Below, in pieces: positions 63,809 through 64,000 of a stretch of 64,000 nucleotides of DNA. The notes under the pieces were generated by a model, which saw only the letters and a program-made list of their open reading frames with translations, was not told the origin of the DNA and made no database searches. How positions within the stretch are numbered: the stretch's first letter is position 1; each line of letters starts with the position of its first letter. The translations under genes were made by a program, and so were the position numbers. The DNA comes from a virus. Lineage: Duplodnaviria > Caudoviricetes. The DNA is taken from positions 10,248 to 74,247 of IMG/VR virus record IMGVR_UViG_3300020042_012680, one strand, 5' to 3'.

Positions 63809-64000
63809 TTCTTCTTCTCATAAGTTTTAAAGCAATTAATCCAGTGAGTCCACCAAACATTAGTGACCATGTAGAAGGCTCTGGTATAACATTTACTATT
63901 CCATCTGCATTAAAGCTATTAACATCCCATGCGAGATTACTGTTTGCTGTATCAAGATCTGGTAAAGCAGCTAAAAGTACTGCGTTATCAAATGCTGATA
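63801..64000 (-). CDS. PEP-CTERM sorting-domain protein, 3' end only (missed by the ORF track)
   Basis: Translates ...LPDLDTANSNLAWDVNSFNADGIVNV-IPEPSTWSLMFGGLTGLIALKLMRRRNG*: PEP motif, TM helix, Arg cluster. Confidence 0.9.
   Translation of the reverse strand, partial: SAFDNAVLLAALPDLDTANSNLAWDVNSFNADGIVNVIPEPSTWSLMFGGLTGLIALKLMRRRNG

Noticed and set aside
3456-63852. Many short ORFs in the track overlapping long genes (e.g. 3456-, 6572+, 14397-, 20375+, 30972+, 36968+, 38127+, 39345+, 40264+, 46327+, 57104+, 61853+)
   Set aside because: Antisense or alternate-frame shadows of well-supported genes, without RBS, promoter motif or recognisable domain.
1-64000. Stop-codon reassignment, as in some large phages
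   Set aside because: Long genes are intact in code 11, and TAA, TGA (e.g. 1840, 29564) and TAG (e.g. 51006, 62396) all end genes at sensible boundaries.
1-64000. tRNA, rRNA or CRISPR array
   Set aside because: Intergenic gaps are very short; no cloverleaf or repeat-spacer pattern seen. The regular repeats are all coding.

Overview
A strongly AT-rich 64-kb segment of a large tailed dsDNA phage with a long non-contractile (sipho-type) tail, read in the standard bacterial code. Left (1-6.3 kb, +): replication/recombination genes (5'-truncated DNA polymerase III alpha, probable SSB and single-strand annealing protein, glycosyltransferases) under host sigma70-type promoters. Middle (7.9-58 kb, mostly -): an essentially complete morphogenesis set: terminase, portal, protease-scaffold, capsid and decoration proteins, neck genes, a tail tube gene plus three dispersed paralogs, a 2071-aa tape measure protein, an inverted lambda-like M-L-K-I-J tail-tip block, many fibre/adhesin genes, a lysis cluster, and embedded sulfotransferase, GT9, RimK-like and nucleotidyltransferase genes. 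Right (58-64 kb, -): ERCC4-type nuclease, a phage sigma factor with a Cys-rich insert, small surface proteins and the 3' end of a PEP-CTERM gene, which hints at a PVC (Verrucomicrobia-like) host. Best leads: (1) GFIPNF-delimited modules inside the tape measure protein, one with a PD-(D/E)xK nuclease-like signature; (2) a GTGTAA(T) motif upstream of 24 late genes, often only 8-9 nt from the start codon, with a candidate cognate Zn-containing sigma factor; (3) a glycosylation/sulfation toolkit including a GT9 split across two genes; (4) herpesvirus-assemblin-like x-x-A/S sites in head proteins. All family assignments come from recognising motifs by eye; no searches were run.
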